A DNA stretch of 64,000 bases from a bacterium (GTDB taxonomy: Bacteria > Zhuqueibacterota > Zhuqueibacteria > Residuimicrobiales > Krinioviventaceae), in contig OY843751.1 in the NCBI GenBank assembly GCA_963693055.1, positions 4,768,001-4,832,000 of the forward strand, read 5' to 3'. The notes beneath the pieces were generated by a model. The model made no database searches. It saw nothing but the letters and a program-made list of their open reading frames with translations, and was not told the origin of the DNA. The position numbers were made by a program, and so were the translations under genes. Shown here one piece after another: positions 60,677-64,000 of the stretch (position 1 is its first letter; the number at the start of each line of letters is the position of its first letter).

Positions 60677-61795
60677 TTATTTTACATTTTTTTCATAAAA
60701 ACGATAAGTTTTATACCGCTTTGCATCCAGATCCTCCAGGGATCCTATCATTCGTTTATTGGTTTCAACAATAATTGAGCACTCGGATTGTGGAAAACCC
60801 ATTTTTCGGCCCTGTTCAATGGAATTCAAATAAAATACTATTTCCAGCCCACGGTGCCTATATTCAGGTAATACCCCCATTGCAATAGTTCGTAAATTTT
60901 TAATGCGTTTCATCTCATTCAACATTTTAAATATTCCAAAAGGTAAAAGGCGTCCATTGGCTTTTTGAATGGCCGGATTAGCATCTTTTAGGGTCAACGC
61001 AAAACCCACACACTCGTCACCAACATACGCAAAATAGCTCAACTCTTCAACCGCAACATATTTCAATTCTCCTGCCATATAATGCAACTGTGCATCTGTA
61101 AGCGGTACATGTCCCCAGTTTTCCATCCAGGCATAATTAAAAATTTTGCCAACCTTGAGTATAGCATCATCCAACTCTTTAATCGACAGATTTTCAAGCC
61201 GAATATTGTTCTGCTTAATCACCCGGTCTCTGATTTTATAAAAAGAAGGTTTTATCTCTACATCTGCATTTACCATAAAAGCATACCAGTCAATGGCTTT
61301 ACTCATACCATTGCCCTGTACAAGGTCATTATAGTATGGCGGATTATAAGACAGCATTATTACCGGCATGGAATCAAAGCCTTCATACAACATGGCACAC
61401 ATATCATACAAGGTAAAACTGATAGGACCTACCATTTTGCTTTTACCTTGCTCAGCCAGCCATGCTGAAGCATTATCCAGCAATGCGTCAGCAACCTGCT
61501 GATCGTTTATACATTCAAAAAAACCGAAAAAACCTGTTTCGTGGTCATGATATTTTTCATATTGCCCACTGATATGAGCAGAAATACGCCCCACAATTTC
61601 TCCATCTCGCCAGGCAAGAAAATATTCAGCTCTGCCAAATTCAAAAAATACACCTTTTTCTTTGTTCAAAAACTTGAGCTGATCAGAAAGTAAAGGGGGA
61701 ACCCAATAAGGATCATTCTTGTAGAGCGAAAAAGGGAATTTAATAAATTTTTTCAAATCTTGCTTACTAACCACCCTGGTAACCAGTATTTGCAT
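60677..61795 (-). CDS. YghO-like tandem GNAT protein (family that includes bacterial ceramide synthase)
   Basis: FIKFP..LY.NDPYWVPPL, GRISA, GFFGFFEC, GP, GF...P....YNPPYY, NWGHVP, GVLPEYR.RG, YKTYR.Y. Confidence 0.75.
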   Translation of the reverse strand: MQILVTRVVSKQDLKKFIKFPFSLYKNDPYWVPPLLSDQLKFLNKEKGVFFEFGRAEYFLAWRDGEIVGRISAHISGQYEKYHDHETGFFGFFECINDQQVADALLDNASAWLAEQGKSKMVGPISFTLYDMCAMLYEGFDSMPVIMLSYNPPYYNDLVQGNGMSKAIDWYAFMVNADVEIKPSFYKIRDRVIKQNNIRLENLSIKELDDAILKVGKIFNYAWMENWGHVPLTDAQLHYMAGELKYVAVEELSYFAYVGDECVGFALTLKDANPAIQKANGRLLPFGIFKMLNEMKRIKNLRTIAMGVLPEYRHRGLEIVFYLNSIEQGRKMGFPQSECSIIVETNKRMIGSLEDLDAKRYKTYRFYEKNVK

Positions 61796-61911
61796 AACTT
61801 GCTCCGTTTTTCACATGTTGAACAATTAATGTATTTTTTTATTGAATTTTATTTGTATATTTATTATATTTTAAGGTTTTGATGTTTAACATATAAAGAG
61901 CGAGAGGTCCA

Positions 61912-62166
61912 ATGGCACATCATAAATCAGCAATTAAACGCATTCAAACCAATGCGCGTGATAACTTGAAGAATAAAGTTTACATGTCTTCATTAAAGAC
62001 ACAGGTTAAAAAAGTTAGATCAGCAACTACTAAAGAAGAAGCTGAAACTCAGTTTCGCATTGCTTCTTCCAAACTCGACAAGCTGGTAAACAAGGGCATT
62101 ATCCATCGCAATAAAGCTGCAAACCAGAAATCACGCCTTGCTGCGGTTGTCAACACTATTGAATAG
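61912..62166 (+). CDS. rpsT: 30S ribosomal protein S20
   Basis: MAHHKSAIKR...N...S.LKT..KK...LDK.V.KGIIHRNKAAN.KSRL. Confidence 0.97.
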   Translation: MAHHKSAIKRIQTNARDNLKNKVYMSSLKTQVKKVRSATTKEEAETQFRIASSKLDKLVNKGIIHRNKAANQKSRLAAVVNTIE

Positions 62167-62192
62167 TATTCAAAAAAAAATTGACAAAAAAT

Positions 62193-62222
62193 AAACCGGG
62201 TCAATTTGCAACCCGGTTTTTT
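62193..62222. terminator. Terminator between convergent rpsT and guaB
   Basis: AAACCGGGT...ACCCGGTTTTTT. Confidence 0.8.
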
Positions 62223-62241
62223 AGTTTATATACTCGTTTAA

Positions 62242-63717
<1,476 letters not shown>

Positions 63718-63763
63718 TTATTCTCCAAAAATATATCTATTCCAAATGATTACCTATAATTGC

Positions 63764-63813
63764 ATAAAAGCTTATGATGTCAACATAGTTATCCTGTCAT
63801 CATAAGCTTTTAT
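63764..63813. repeat. 16-bp perfect inverted repeat upstream of guaB
   Basis: ATAAAAGCTTATGATG (63764-63779) and CATCATAAGCTTTTAT (63798-63813). Confidence 0.75.
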
Positions 63814-63939
63814 CAGATTATCCAAATTTTTTCAATCAAACATTTCTCCGGATAATGTATCTAAAAGTTTAACAATTTTTTAATTAAGAATCAACTGTTT
63901 TTTCAAATGATTAATACAGTTTTAGGTAATCCTGATGTA

Positions 63940-63999
63940 TCACATTTCCCCAAAGGTCTGAAATTCCGCATACAATTTAAGAATTGCCGGAACATAACC
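63940..63999 (-). CDS. Possible C-terminal end of an upstream gene (partial)
   Basis: Reads GYVPAILKLYAEFQTFGEM-stop from the window edge; too short to assign. Confidence 0.3.
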   Translation of the reverse strand, partial: GYVPAILKLYAEFQTFGEM

Positions 64000-64000
64000 T

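Overview
A low-GC chromosomal window, inferred to come from an FCB-superphylum bacterium such as KSB1 or Calditrichota. The inference rests on many secreted proteins ending in an NYPNPFN FlgD-Ig/Por-secretion-type tail, a PorV/PorQ-family gene and sigma70-type promoters. No rRNA, tRNA, CRISPR array or mobile element was recognised. From left to right it holds: (1) a minus-strand glycan/signalling run (partial GH92, hybrid kinase, HDOD, sulfatase, AGE/cellobiose-epimerase-like, GH5-like) in which several members have lost catalytic residues; (2) three secreted proteins, two of them tandem ~2,270-aa FG-GAP/Ig-repeat giants; (3) UbiA-type phosphoribosyltransferase, SDR epimerase, TPR, DUF4838-like and GTDC1/QTMAN-like glycosyltransferase genes; (4) pntAA-AB-B and hsp20; (5) an octaheme cytochrome, a heptaheme-cytochrome b fusion, YeeE and YeeE-rhodanese-GGCG, forming a sulfur-redox module; (6) a secreted protein whose frame reads through a Cys-TGA followed by a SECIS-like hairpin; (7) a TonB receptor, secreted partner and PorV triad without SusD; (8) sulfatase, pth, PAP2, a six-gene mevalonate operon, a YghO/bCerS-like GNAT, rpsT and guaB. 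The top lead is the candidate secreted Cys-Sec selenoprotein at 43383-44210, which the ORF track truncates. All calls come from manual motif reading; no database searches were run.
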